From: a virus
Lineage: Duplodnaviria > Caudoviricetes
Length of the DNA: 52,740 nucleotides
Virus record (IMG/VR): IMGVR_UViG_3300042945_000786
Span: 1-52,740 of that record
Reading direction: 5' to 3' (one strand)
The notes beneath the pieces were generated by a model. It was given only the letters and a program-made list of their open reading frames with translations. It searched no databases and was not told the DNA's origin. Of the stretch, positions 26,401-33,427 are shown piece by piece. The position numbers and the translations under genes were made by a program. Numbering within the stretch: the stretch's first letter is position 1; each line of letters begins with the position of its first letter.

Positions 26401-26464
26401 CCCCCGCGATGTTGACAGCATACTGCGTGCCGCTGAAGGCACCGGGGACGTATATGACGGCCAT
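17495..26464 (-). CDS. Large polyvalent internal virion/ejection protein (2989 aa)
   Basis: Gly/Ala-rich N-terminus, coiled coil, HEVIH+EEAVAE zincin, GYGLKHI..KH BECR-type nuclease-like domain, HhH-glycosylase-like domain, RAVHDAFGH domain, LPD38-like C-terminus; last gene of the ejection cluster. Confidence 0.85.
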   Translation of the reverse strand: MAVIYVPGAFSGTQYAVNIAGDVPTPAEQARIDQYVAQQESAFQSRYESMFGAPVATEAAPPEDTTAFGRGIDVGLAGLGRAYGSALEGIGTVTGLESLAGYGAGIAERQGLELDRLAEAAALEKEREAQGAIGSAASYVGEIAGGSAPQTAVALAGGYAGAKAGAAIGAFGGPVGAVVGGTVGALGGAALASLPYFYGDFREQQKEADIEAGRPVEVSEGAAALAAAPASLLDGVLSAVGAKYGANVLKKAAEGGLFTRAARGAAGGVVTEVPTELGQELLGILQAGKDPLSEEAIQRYGEAALGAAVLGGGIGAAGGALVTGRKEEAERKKRELDEDMEELGARGDQYIQNARESRAAEAAEKVASPEAAPLALPAPSTARTTPQEETALRGRAGMEAITPTRPVALTSLPMEERVAISQARANAGQEPFPQVTLEELQAIVGTAASEREAKKQKPVTGGIARFGPVENKTFTQEQYDRAVQQVKADKGVSFPKIQKAVRDITKAKVPNTVVRDIRDEMVSRGVIRADTKSRTGYSLEPIARTDSIETGLRQEIDGLNKQIDLSQKERKNLIEEVRRVEQTGKDSTGKRADPALFNQKLDTLDASIEAAKARVAAAETEIKNAKQAGAIPSVERVALDAAKVAVPVTEATAPAIQQRMETLRQNIAGYNQQIGDAEKQAANLRKRQKKVQLNNAQKARLQQLEQTAADLKKLRDTATARLRDPSATVQAAKEREAAGQARFNAATMKEPVNYTPIFTAQQQNVFAALRKRLNNLGLKEVRLEGAQAMLARDQSGKVMGVAEGKYDPVKRIISLSMGIYRKGMTDQELFDSIASVMNHEVIHALRLMGVITDAEWNTLTAYAKNKKYVAIKQGKPVERSYTYEERARAMGYDEAVIQEEAVAELFRDYLDGKTTVKGPQKTIFERLKNFFKAIIGVHTERGFDSVEKIFEGIRYGEIGARPRGAAPAAQAAAPAAVPTAEADVSVDDQLSPEELADLNRQLDDLAVAIAADPRERKSFMPVPSPVKNRDGTDSYSYGNIIDYRGRKQSVILPVGEHIFRERGVDTGYGLKHIIARKHDQELYEMSKYKDVNKAIFDMLQVWKQQGMRNGDSVIGGKDGDQFALEWIDNRPLKAPRLRLVLSENNRLTPDPFHYVHSFYPSETRVYERGPKPYRRFSMVLASEGAFKTDGVYDREKVADFNDWAEGQAITRIMASGDTEDRISTRQPYTKRATEDPLTQNLIVDLNAMKQSPQAFAHNMQVIKGYPGFVTASEDPDQIAEDFIQFVSDNLLWLHNRVPQEIRKRSKLWYNGARKIAERMSGQYQIPDFTVAGVLAALSPQKDWYQNVSLAERLIDIHQTFSRGNMIAFTPTVEMAETAQRIYGKEQYAPALRIVMSNSYAGLEDPVLKAMWLRLYDETYNPRGYRTVSAEGDFIGDPSGKVGWGSNVEIAKAIYVLTHQSREATSLAMGDQHKVRNFFNNILAPDAPHGDVTIDTHAVAAALIRPLSGSSAEVHHNFGSSPAKAKQPQGWIAAKSIGDTGAIGVYGIYAEAYRRTAGSLGITARELQSITWEAVRGLFPAEEKRSKAKVARVNGIWREVNEGKRSVESARDDVERFMGGINEPTWFGPGGGAAGKIAPSSYEGELAGVRLDRSVGRRASGASVGYADRVEGIGRGAGAAGGGIRPRQRRITGGREADRYSAVPGRGVGGLGTRETEARTLAAPERAVALSPLEPLPGAPRVEGFTGPDPSLVRIADKYAKSIGLDLSRQSEYVDVDPERAARIAAAYDAMPHAPQDPKVREAYQNLIRQTLAQYNALAQDGYQFWFTDLSRPDNEAYLSSPWNALRDIRANKQMGVFPTAGGFGSGATELNVEDNPMLEDTGLRWPVGSPDSEQTAPVLANDLFRAVHDAFGHGLEGSGFRARGEENAWQAHVRLFTGSAVGAITSETRGQNSWLNYGPYGDSNRNAKVEDTVFADQKTGLMPDWTWTEGRAGDMPAQEPTSAPSPTPLVRQSMVPTRNSVAGKVQRQTAQKQTNVVYSKAADLLAKGLRITGIGADDARSKQIADGIIKKFQDGMIPVGRMIDELRANGLNITDAMDTYMQEELYHGVVGEKVEQAQTNLYRPLIDLVGSLKVTDQAKQQLIAASNSASVGRGFADVAFNDTRSNALSMADIFLYASHAKERNEYIRGIDPENDAGSGMTDGEADAILAWFASSPYASTMQKIADATQRIVQSTNDVRLEGGLIPREFFQYTDPTTGDTVDVPQYDNYVPLRGKRDPSGEPVDEQATGPYRSPMYGARRREDRRSLGRYDYADNIIPNLLVQNQNAIIRAERNKVGQSFLQLLRSDPAKTKGYGRILKPGDMKDVQKRVLVERKRADGTVVQTVQTVLDPNFRNEPDIFVVKEDGKEVIVKLESDAIASALKGSMSPTHNNGLIRALATINRYLASINTSLNPAFFITNMFRDLQTAGVNVAQYEIDGLTRKIVRDVPGALRGIKQSIRNNDNSSEWARIYRDFVKNGGQNATNQVNTVADQMNNISGIIGDIADSGARKQFNRVKNGFVGKGAMSLLSFVEDYNTVIENGIRVTTYKALLDKGFTPQRAAQAARNITVNFAKGGDYKTFMNAMYLFYNASLQGSFAMLNAALRSKKVQKFWAAAIGVGIMQDYLNAIMSGDDEDGEKLYDKIPEYVLEHNLILPDVFGFTDRSYISIPMPYGLNMAHNLGRAMGRLSRGAYEPSEAAGSIVGTMLDTVNPIGGSESFANAASPTVLDPFIDIWQNENFANQPVYKEGFPGDRTPSSQLYWSTTSVPAVWLANAMNSVTGGTTEVKGMVDVSPDLIDFWFEYLTGGVGRFVIRTAETPFRAYDEGFSEDVVRNVPIFGKIIGTVTTREDTGAYVEKRNRVLTALDEVKAAVEEGNTERLADARERFSDELKVSGAVRAIDNALRKLSRQMRQVREGRLPEDQKRLILERLDERRQQLTARANQLMRDI
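21268..21603 (-). CDS. Nested +1-frame gene inside the polyvalent gene (111 aa, acidic; candidate immunity protein)
   Basis: GGGAGGT-ATCA-ATG at 21603; MSLLGLDPVVGLLVKLRLPLTRENWLAYA...; host frame is Gly/Arg low-complexity with many A/T-ending codons here. Confidence 0.7.
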   Translation of the reverse strand: MSLLGLDPVVGLLVKLRLPLTRENWLAYASTDPSADEQAELLSDMPIELRELDEGQALPVEEYVRAREELPEVAKRIDIQPSPDEESEDLELGKLRLARWQHQNEQLLSRR

Positions 26465-26490
26465 GAGGCGATCTCCGTAGTACTCAGGAG

Positions 26491-26519
26491 ACTATACCTC
26501 ACCCAATGGCGTCAGTCTA
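26491..26519 (-). promoter_or_regulatory. Candidate promoter for the polyvalent gene
   Basis: TAGACT-N17-TATAGT in the 60-nt intergenic gap. Confidence 0.45.
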
Positions 26520-26524
26520 CAGAG

Positions 26525-28306
26525 TTACCCTTCCTCGCCAACTGTCGCGTCAAATGGGGCGGACGTTGCTGCGGCGAACGCGCGCTCAAGCGCTATAAGT
26601 TCTCGCCGGTAAAGCTCCTTTGTCTCTTCATCGATAGCCTCGCCCATGTTTTTTATGATCTCCGCCCTCTTGCCATAATAGGTGGCGATGTCACTGGGCT
26701 TCAACACCGGGGCTCTGGTCTCAGCCTTGACGGTAGCTGCGCCACGGGCGCCAGCAGCGGCGCGTGCCGCACGGAGCCTCTCCTGTGCCGTCATCAGGGA
26801 TAGACGATCCTCTTCGTACTGGTCCCGAGCCTTGCGGAAGCCCTCGACGCCAACGAGGCCAGCCTCTCCAAGAGCGCCTGCGAACGTCGGCTGACGAGAA
26901 GACATGAGTGCCATGCCAGCCTGAGCCAGAGCCAGCCACTTGTCTTGCTCTGCGCGCTTCTCGCGCTGCTGGAGAATGTTGCCGATCTCCGTCTCAAGTG
27001 GAGACATGGCAGCGGCAATGCCTCCTCCCGTGCGGTCAGCGGAAGGTGCAGCGACAGGCCGAGAGACACCTGTGCCGGTGTAGGTACCAGCGGGAGCGCG
27101 GTCATCGCGAGGCATGGGTGACGCCCCTGCCGGGGTCGTAACGACGCCGGGCTCAACAACCACTTCTTCTGCCTGTGGCGCATTTGCCGGTGGCGCAATA
27201 TACTCGGGCAGTACACCCGCCTCGATCTCGCCAAGGCTCGGCGGAACCTCATCAGGGGGTCGCCTGCTGGCCATAAGGGCCCCAAGACCCCCCATGGGCA
27301 TCGAGAATGGCGGCATCGCTCCGGGGATGCGTAGTCCTGAGCGGGCCAGTATGTCGCCCCTGTTCCTCAGCGTTGCGGCTTCTGCTGTGTCCATGCCGAG
27401 ACGCCCTGAAAGCGCCTCCTCGCCAAGCGCAGCCCTAGCAAGCTCCATCTCCATCCCCTCAGGGACAGCGGGCGGAATCGGAGGATAGGTATACTCATCA
27501 AGGCGATTTCTCATGGCGGCTTCGGAACTCGTATCCATGCCAATACGAGATTGCCGCGCTTCCCTAGCGGCAGCGGCTCTTGGGTTTGTTGGCAACGGTG
27601 CCGTCGAACCAGCAGCGGCGGCTAGAATCTCCTCTGCCGTCATTGATGCAGGGCTGTAGCCAAGGTCGTCGCTGGCATCAAAGATACCGCCAGCAACACC
27701 GCCTTCCAAAGACTCGAGTCGGTCCGCACGTTGCGGCGCCGCAGGAATAGAAGGTCTTTCCATGAGCGGTGAGATGCCGCCAATTGGTGCAGGTGGCGCA
27801 GCAGGGAGGAACGGCCTGCGAGTAATGCCAGCCGATCTGGGAGAACCGTCCACATTGTGTGTTTCGCCGTAGCGGTCGAGCCACATGTTCTGCTCTTCGC
27901 TAGAGCCGCCAAGAGGGTAGGGCGGGGCAACTATCAAGCCGCCACGAACCACAGGCGCCCCATCCCGCATCTTCTGCACATACCCGCCGTCAGCCATTCC
28001 CTGCACGGGTGCCTGTGGTGTGGTGGCGGTGTTCATGGCCATGTCTGTTTGAGGGGCCATGGCTCGAGCGGCACTGGCAATGCCCTGCTGCGGGACGCCT
28101 GCTGCTGTCACGGCGTCTTCTGCGACCGTGGTCTGCGGCTGACCCTGCCGCTGCGCGAACTCCTGCTCCATCTGCTTCCGGCGCGCGATTTCGCCGAGAA
28201 CGAGGAACTGAGGCGCTTGCCCTGACGGCATCTGCATCTCGCGAACGAGTTGATCGAGCGGCATACCCTTCAGAGCTTCCTGAATCTGGATGACGTTCAT
28301 CATCAC
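26525..28306 (-). CDS. Internal virion (ejection) protein
   Basis: Ala/Gly/Pro-rich, MADGG motif, position in the ejection cluster. Confidence 0.7.
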   Translation of the reverse strand: MMMNVIQIQEALKGMPLDQLVREMQMPSGQAPQFLVLGEIARRKQMEQEFAQRQGQPQTTVAEDAVTAAGVPQQGIASAARAMAPQTDMAMNTATTPQAPVQGMADGGYVQKMRDGAPVVRGGLIVAPPYPLGGSSEEQNMWLDRYGETHNVDGSPRSAGITRRPFLPAAPPAPIGGISPLMERPSIPAAPQRADRLESLEGGVAGGIFDASDDLGYSPASMTAEEILAAAAGSTAPLPTNPRAAAAREARQSRIGMDTSSEAAMRNRLDEYTYPPIPPAVPEGMEMELARAALGEEALSGRLGMDTAEAATLRNRGDILARSGLRIPGAMPPFSMPMGGLGALMASRRPPDEVPPSLGEIEAGVLPEYIAPPANAPQAEEVVVEPGVVTTPAGASPMPRDDRAPAGTYTGTGVSRPVAAPSADRTGGGIAAAMSPLETEIGNILQQREKRAEQDKWLALAQAGMALMSSRQPTFAGALGEAGLVGVEGFRKARDQYEEDRLSLMTAQERLRAARAAAGARGAATVKAETRAPVLKPSDIATYYGKRAEIIKNMGEAIDEETKELYRRELIALERAFAAATSAPFDATVGEEG

Positions 28307-29472
28307 TGAAGACCCCTGTAGAGACCGTATGCGGAGATACCAGCACCGAGAGCTTGCTGAAGCGGACTAGGCTGCGGCTGATAGACTGTCGAGGAACCGG
28401 CAGCGGCAACTGGAAGGCCGCGAATGAACTGGGAGTAGGCGCCCAGTTGCTCCATCGGGTAGCCCTGTTGGCGCAGGAAGTCCTGATAGGCCACGTCGAG
28501 ACCTGCCTGCCTGCGGGACAAGTCTCCAAGACCCTGAGCCTCAAGAAGTTGCGCTGCCTGAATGTCCCCGGCGCGGGCGCGCTCACCAAGATCGGCGGCG
28601 GCACGAGCCTGCTCGGCGCTGAAGCCCATAGCCTGAAGTTGGAACTCACGCTGGCGCATCGCCTCATCAGCGCGAGCGGCCTGCACCCTTGCCTGCTCTG
28701 CAATGTTGATGCCCTGAGTCCTCGCCTGCTCGGCAGCACGAGCCTGCTGGACGCGAGCAGCCTCTTCGAGGGTGATGCCTTCAGCCCGTGCGAGCTCCGC
28801 GATCTGACGCTGCTGCGTCTCCATCTGCGCGGCGCGGTCGGCACCGAACTGGGCGGCAGCCTGCTCATAAGCGCGTTGGGCGCCACCAGCCTGAATGTCG
28901 CCGATCTGCTTGGCCAAGGCTTCTTCCGCAAGGCCCTCCTGCACAGCCTGACGAGAGCCACCAAAGGCGCCCGCCCCGATAGCACGGGCCGCACGAGAGC
29001 CACGCTGGCGCTCGAACTCCTGCATGGCGGAGGCCTTCTCACGGTCTACGACCGCCTGCATGTAGGGTGACATGTAGGTCGAGACTTCCTGACCGCTGAA
29101 CTGACGAGCAGGGTCGTATTGTTGCGCCCGCGCAACTCCAGCCTCGAATCCTGTAAACGGCGTTGCCTGCCCTGCGGTGAACTCAGCGGGACGCTGCTGT
29201 CCCAGTTGCTGCGCCTGCGACCCGAGGGACGAGAGCGTGCTCATGGCCTCACCGAGACCAGCGGCAGGGCGACCCGCGATGTTGCGGATCATCTGCTGGG
29301 ACGCGGTTATGTCCTGCCCAACTTGCGCCAACCGCTGCCCGCCGTAAGGGACGTAAGGCTGTTCACTTGCCGCCTTGGACTTCTTGAGGATGTCTTCGTA
29401 GTACGGCTTCGCCCACTCTGGGACATCCTGCACCGTCGTCTGGGTCGCTGTTTGACCGCCGCCCTTACCCAT
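28303..29472 (-). CDS. Internal virion DNA-transfer protein
   Basis: MGKGGG..T...P.W.KPY, YMSPY, GAFGGSR, Gln/Ala-rich helices. Confidence 0.75.
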   Translation of the reverse strand: MGKGGGQTATQTTVQDVPEWAKPYYEDILKKSKAASEQPYVPYGGQRLAQVGQDITASQQMIRNIAGRPAAGLGEAMSTLSSLGSQAQQLGQQRPAEFTAGQATPFTGFEAGVARAQQYDPARQFSGQEVSTYMSPYMQAVVDREKASAMQEFERQRGSRAARAIGAGAFGGSRQAVQEGLAEEALAKQIGDIQAGGAQRAYEQAAAQFGADRAAQMETQQRQIAELARAEGITLEEAARVQQARAAEQARTQGINIAEQARVQAARADEAMRQREFQLQAMGFSAEQARAAADLGERARAGDIQAAQLLEAQGLGDLSRRQAGLDVAYQDFLRQQGYPMEQLGAYSQFIRGLPVAAAGSSTVYQPQPSPLQQALGAGISAYGLYRGLQ

Positions 29473-29893
29473 CGCTCAACTCCATCTTGTAGCAGACGTA
29501 CTCGGGTTCCCAACCGGTGCCCTTGAGAAGTCTGCCCCATCCCTCGCGACCAGTGAACTCTATGTGCTTGCAGCCGTTGTGCTTGGCGTGCCGCTGCATT
29601 GCGTCGATGGTCTCGTGCATCCACGATGATATACCAGAACCACCGATCCAGTCCAACACCATTGCCTTGCAACCGGGATACCTTGTTACTCTGGTCGTGT
29701 AGTAGCCGACAGGCTCCTCACCTTGCCTGACCATCCACAAGACGCTGTGCCCTGCCTCTATGTCCAGATAGGTATCAGAGATACTGGTCCTACCATTCGA
29801 ACGGTCAACGGCTGGCTTCAGCCAGCGGCAGGCATCTCCCCATACCGCGTTGAGCAGTTCCGGCGGTACGGCGAAGACCCTGACATCGGACAT
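29465..29893 (-). CDS. GNAT-fold virion assembly protein
   Basis: LW....YP.......IGG....AK..GC..IE..GR.GW pattern typical of podoviral genes before ejection proteins. Confidence 0.6.
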   Translation of the reverse strand: MSDVRVFAVPPELLNAVWGDACRWLKPAVDRSNGRTSISDTYLDIEAGHSVLWMVRQGEEPVGYYTTRVTRYPGCKAMVLDWIGGSGISSWMHETIDAMQRHAKHNGCKHIEFTGREGWGRLLKGTGWEPEYVCYKMELSDG

Positions 29894-31054
29894 TTACGCT
29901 TCGACCATCTCACGCACTGCTTGAGGGGCACGAGACCCGGCGCGGTTCAAGCGATCCATGAATCCAGAACCGAACTCGTCCTCGAGCGCATCCGTCGAGT
30001 CCTTGCGGACCACGAACTCTCCATCGCTCAGGAGCACATCCTGCTCTCCGTCGATTGTGGCAGGCACCATGTCATCGGTCCCAGAGCCATCCCCGGGTCC
30101 ACGGACCTCACCCTTCTCGCCGTTGGCGAAGCGCTCGACGGTCTCATCGAACTCGCCAGACTGGACGCGGTCAACAAGGTCACGCAGCGCATCCTCGCCA
30201 TAGGTCTGCACGAAGGCGGCAAGTGCGATCTCAGGCTGCGGGTGCATCTCTTTGATGGCCATGATGGCGTCGGTGATGACGGTCTTCTCGTTGCCACCAG
30301 CCGTGCGAGACTCCTCGATCTCGAACTCACCATCTTCAGGTTCGATCTCTGTCTCCGCTTTCTTCTGCGCCATGATGGCGGCAAGACCGCCCTCCTGCAT
30401 ACGCACCAGTCCGCCATTGGCGTACCCACGGGTGAAGTACTCAGAAGTGTACGGGTCGCTCAGGCCGTAGTCGAACTCAGCATCATACCCGCCACGGTAG
30501 CCAGTGGGCGGCGCTCGAAGAGTGCGCACCATCGACTTGATCTTCGTAAGATCGGGGGCCTCTCCCTTGGGCGGGCCTGACGCTGCTTTCTGAGGAGACG
30601 CAAGCACAGACCCCATAGCAGCGCCAAGACCTTGAGCGGATGAGCCGAATTGCATACCCTGAGCAAACACATCCTTAGCCATGCTGTACGGCGGTAGGGC
30701 AGGGGGCATCAGTTCGCCAATTCCACCTGCTGGCATCTTCAGCATCGGGCCGGTTGTCATCGCGCCAGCGCCAGCGCCAACAGTTGATTGCCCCGGAAGA
30801 GGCGTTGCCATAGCCCCGCCACCACCGATGGCATTGCCGATGGCTCCGAGTGCCGTGCCGCCGAGGAACGAGCCAAAGCCAGCCTTGACGCCCTCACCCA
30901 GATCACCGGTCTCGAGGGTGCGGCCAAGACCAGCACCGACAGAACTCGCGATGAGAGGGTTGGAGAGGAATGTCCCGAGGGAGCCAAGGCCAGCAAGAGC
31001 GCCAGACTTCGCGAGTCCAGCGCCCAAGAAGCTCAGAAGCATCGGCAGTGCCAT
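29894..31054 (-). CDS. Internal virion protein
   Basis: Gly-rich N-terminus, YANGG/MQEGG, GPGDG..DD.VPA...LSDGEFVV. Confidence 0.7.
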   Translation of the reverse strand: MALPMLLSFLGAGLAKSGALAGLGSLGTFLSNPLIASSVGAGLGRTLETGDLGEGVKAGFGSFLGGTALGAIGNAIGGGGAMATPLPGQSTVGAGAGAMTTGPMLKMPAGGIGELMPPALPPYSMAKDVFAQGMQFGSSAQGLGAAMGSVLASPQKAASGPPKGEAPDLTKIKSMVRTLRAPPTGYRGGYDAEFDYGLSDPYTSEYFTRGYANGGLVRMQEGGLAAIMAQKKAETEIEPEDGEFEIEESRTAGGNEKTVITDAIMAIKEMHPQPEIALAAFVQTYGEDALRDLVDRVQSGEFDETVERFANGEKGEVRGPGDGSGTDDMVPATIDGEQDVLLSDGEFVVRKDSTDALEDEFGSGFMDRLNRAGSRAPQAVREMVEA

Positions 31055-31064
31055 GGTGGTCTCC

Positions 31065-31982
31065 TTACGCCAGTAGCTTGGCGAGAGTCTGGGGGCCTGC
31101 TACCCCATCAGGCTTCAGGCCTTGGGCTTGCTGCCACTCTTTGAGGGCTTTTTCGGTGCCGGGGCCGAAGCTACCGTCGGCTGTGATGCCGAGGGCTTTT
31201 TGGAGAGCGGCAACTTCTCCGCCACGGCTTCCAACGCGGAGGCTTTTATTTCCTCCACCTTGTCCTGCACTGCGTCCTCCAACTTGTCCTGAACCTTGTC
31301 CAGCACCTTCCCCGCCACTGCTTCCATCACCATCCCCTGCGGGGTTTTGCCCAGTAAGGACCGCAAGACCTTGAACATAACGCCGTCTCCTGTCTTCGAG
31401 GCCGATGTCGCCTCCGTTGATGATCTTGGTGACACGAGCAACATCGCCCGTGTCAGCCACGTCGTTCAACTTGCGGCTGTCCCAGAACCACAAGGCAGAC
31501 ACCAGAGCGCCCTCTTTGGTCTCCAGATAGGCGGCGACCTCTTCCGCACTCTTGCCAATAGCCTTCCCGAACGTCGAGTAGTTCGAGCGACCAGTGACCT
31601 GCTTCAGGCCACGCCCACGGAAGCGCCAGCCATCGCCCTCTTGAACGTTGCCGAGAGCGCCGCCCTTCGAACGGAACTCGTCCATGTAGACGTAGTTCGC
31701 GATCTTCTCTGGCTTGCGGGCATACTCGTTCGCATTGCGCTTGTTGGCACCGAAGTACTTCGGGAACACGCGCTCCAGCGATTCCTTGCTGTAGTTGAGG
31801 TTCTCCTCCAGCAATTTGAAGTCCGCGCTTTCATGCGCGCACTGGCTGATGAAAGAGGCGATCCTCTGCGGCGTGGTGATCCCGTACTTCGGGAGCATGT
31901 CATTGAGTGTCTTGCACCACTCCGCAACCTCAGTGTTGGTCGGGATCATCTTGGCAAGTTGTGCCTCAGTCAGGAGTGCCAT
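31065..31982 (-). CDS. Endolysin, GH19 with C-terminal peptidoglycan-binding domain
   Basis: Q.AHES, EENLNYS, GDGWRFRGRG.KQ.TG, INGG..GL.DR; DG.FGP.T...Q...GL.PDG..GP.T. Confidence 0.93.
   Translation of the reverse strand: MALLTEAQLAKMIPTNTEVAEWCKTLNDMLPKYGITTPQRIASFISQCAHESADFKLLEENLNYSKESLERVFPKYFGANKRNANEYARKPEKIANYVYMDEFRSKGGALGNVQEGDGWRFRGRGLKQVTGRSNYSTFGKAIGKSAEEVAAYLETKEGALVSALWFWDSRKLNDVADTGDVARVTKIINGGDIGLEDRRRRYVQGLAVLTGQNPAGDGDGSSGGEGAGQGSGQVGGRSAGQGGGNKSLRVGSRGGEVAALQKALGITADGSFGPGTEKALKEWQQAQGLKPDGVAGPQTLAKLLA
31115..31378 (-). CDS. Nested +1-frame gene inside the endolysin (87 aa, amphipathic)
   Basis: AGGAG-N8-ATG at 31378; MFKVLRSLLGKTPQGMVMEAVAGKVLDKVQDKLEDAVQDKVEEIK...; explains the Gly-rich lysin linker. 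Confidence 0.65.
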   Translation of the reverse strand: MFKVLRSLLGKTPQGMVMEAVAGKVLDKVQDKLEDAVQDKVEEIKASALEAVAEKLPLSKKPSASQPTVASAPAPKKPSKSGSKPKA

Positions 31983-31990
31983 GGTATCTC

Positions 31991-32443
31991 CTACTCACAC
32001 CACGAAGACTTCTTCTCACCCTTATACGGCCTTGCGTGTCCGTTCTCAATCAGCATGTCGGACAGGCTCTTGCCGTCAAGGAAGACGTAACCCAGCACCC
32101 TGCCGCCGTACTTGTCCCATTCCTTGATCTGCACGTCGATCACCGTGGCACTGGCGATTGCGGCCTTGGTGAACGCACTCGCTTCAAGCGCCTTGCCAGC
32201 CTCGGCGGGGCACAGAGCCCTCGGCGCCTTCTCTGGAGTGTCCACACCCAGCACACGAATGGAGAGCTTAGGGGGCAGGGGGGCTGGCAGGAACCCCACT
32301 GCGATCTCTATCGTGTCGCCATCTATGATGCGGTTGACCTTGTACGACTCAGCAGACGCGCTGAAGCCGAGGAAGATGAGTACCACCGCCTTGGTCAGGA
32401 TGGCGATGACCGCTATCCAGTGGGGTATCCAGTTAGCCATCAC
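31991..32443 (-). CDS. Thermonuclease (SNase-like) with N-terminal signal/TM
   Basis: IIDGDT, IRV.GVDTPE, DKYGGR.L. Confidence 0.9.
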   Translation of the reverse strand: MMANWIPHWIAVIAILTKAVVLIFLGFSASAESYKVNRIIDGDTIEIAVGFLPAPLPPKLSIRVLGVDTPEKAPRALCPAEAGKALEASAFTKAAIASATVIDVQIKEWDKYGGRVLGYVFLDGKSLSDMLIENGHARPYKGEKKSSWCE

Positions 32444-32718
32444 TCGGAGCCGCCAGCCGGGGGTTCGGGCGCCTTGTCCTGCCCGCGACGTGTGGCGAGC
32501 ATGATGCCAGACAGCGTGCCGGTGAGGAATGTTGCGATGGGCTGGATCAGTTCGAAGAACTTCTCGTCGTTCGGCGCGCTGCCATTCATGGGCTGCGTCA
32601 CGAAGATCAGGCTGTAGAGAACAGCGAAGATCGTGCCGGTCAGCGTCAGCGCAAGGCAGATGCCGACAAAGAAGCGCAGTTTGGCTTCCAAGGCATCAGC
32701 GTAGTCATCAACCTTCAT
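32440..32718 (-). CDS. Two-TM membrane protein (holin candidate)
   Basis: Two hydrophobic segments, located in the lysis cluster. Confidence 0.6.
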   Translation of the reverse strand: MKVDDYADALEAKLRFFVGICLALTLTGTIFAVLYSLIFVTQPMNGSAPNDEKFFELIQPIATFLTGTLSGIMLATRRGQDKAPEPPAGGSE

Positions 32719-32947
32719 TTGTCACTCCTCCCCTCTCGATGAGGTAATCTGTGCAGGTTCCTGATGCCTCGCATACTGGAGGCAGGCACTGTTGGTCAGA
32801 CCACATTGCTGGGTCTTGGCATTGATAGCGGTAGAACCCGTCCCCCGCCATGTAAACCATGTAGGCAAACAAAGCCACGGCAACGGCCAAGGCAACGAAT
32901 GGGCCGTAGGTAATCACACCCCAAGCCGCTTTGATCATGCGTCTCAT
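32708..32947 (-). CDS. Membrane-anchored Cys-rich protein
   Basis: TM followed by YRYQCQDP..W....C.PP.C...G.C. Confidence 0.7.
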   Translation of the reverse strand: MRRMIKAAWGVITYGPFVALAVAVALFAYMVYMAGDGFYRYQCQDPAMWSDQQCLPPVCEASGTCTDYLIERGGVTNEG

Positions 32948-33423
32948 CAGTAGCCCTCATTGTTGGCATAGTAGAGGAAGATGATCAGGCCAATCATGGC
33001 TGAAACGGACGAGATGATCAAGAAAATCAGGAGCCCGCTGATCAGCATCTCCTTCACCTCGGCCTTGCGGTGCTCATGGGCCTGCCTGCGTTTGCGGATG
33101 TCGCCCTCCATGCGAAGGAACTCTTCCCATCCGCTCTGGCCGTACGAGAATTGGATGTACGTCCTCAACTCGTTGCGCTGCGCCTCGATCTTCTTCTTGG
33201 CAGCGAAGACCTCCATGGCCTCTGCCTGAGCGCTGCCGCTGAACGCCTTGTACCAAGGCGGGTCTTCCGCCTTCTTCTCGAAGTACTCGAGGTCGGAGAT
33301 GGCACTGGCCCATTGGGACAGTTGGCCACCCATGTCTTGAAGCTCTCTGCCGAACTCAATGCCCTTCTTGATGGCATTGTAGGCGCTGCTGGCTAGGGCT
33401 ATCGCACTGACTGGATCGAGCAT
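32947..33423 (-). CDS. Membrane protein with C-terminal TM
   Basis: MLDPVSAIALA N-terminus, coiled coil, hydrophobic C-terminus. Confidence 0.75.
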   Translation of the reverse strand: MLDPVSAIALASSAYNAIKKGIEFGRELQDMGGQLSQWASAISDLEYFEKKAEDPPWYKAFSGSAQAEAMEVFAAKKKIEAQRNELRTYIQFSYGQSGWEEFLRMEGDIRKRRQAHEHRKAEVKEMLISGLLIFLIISSVSAMIGLIIFLYYANNEGY

Positions 33424-33427
33424 GGCG

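Noticed and set aside
17495-26464. N4-like virion RNA polymerase using the early hairpins as promoters
   Set aside because: No T7-type or multisubunit RNAP catalytic motifs recognised; the domains fit a polyvalent protein instead.
17793-26502. Other alternative-frame and antisense ORFs in the giant gene (e.g. 22753-23004, 23470-23919, 25153-25686, 18887-20461)
   Set aside because: Ser/Arg/Pro-rich or antisense shadows expected from high GC3; no convincing RBS and no distortion of the host frame.
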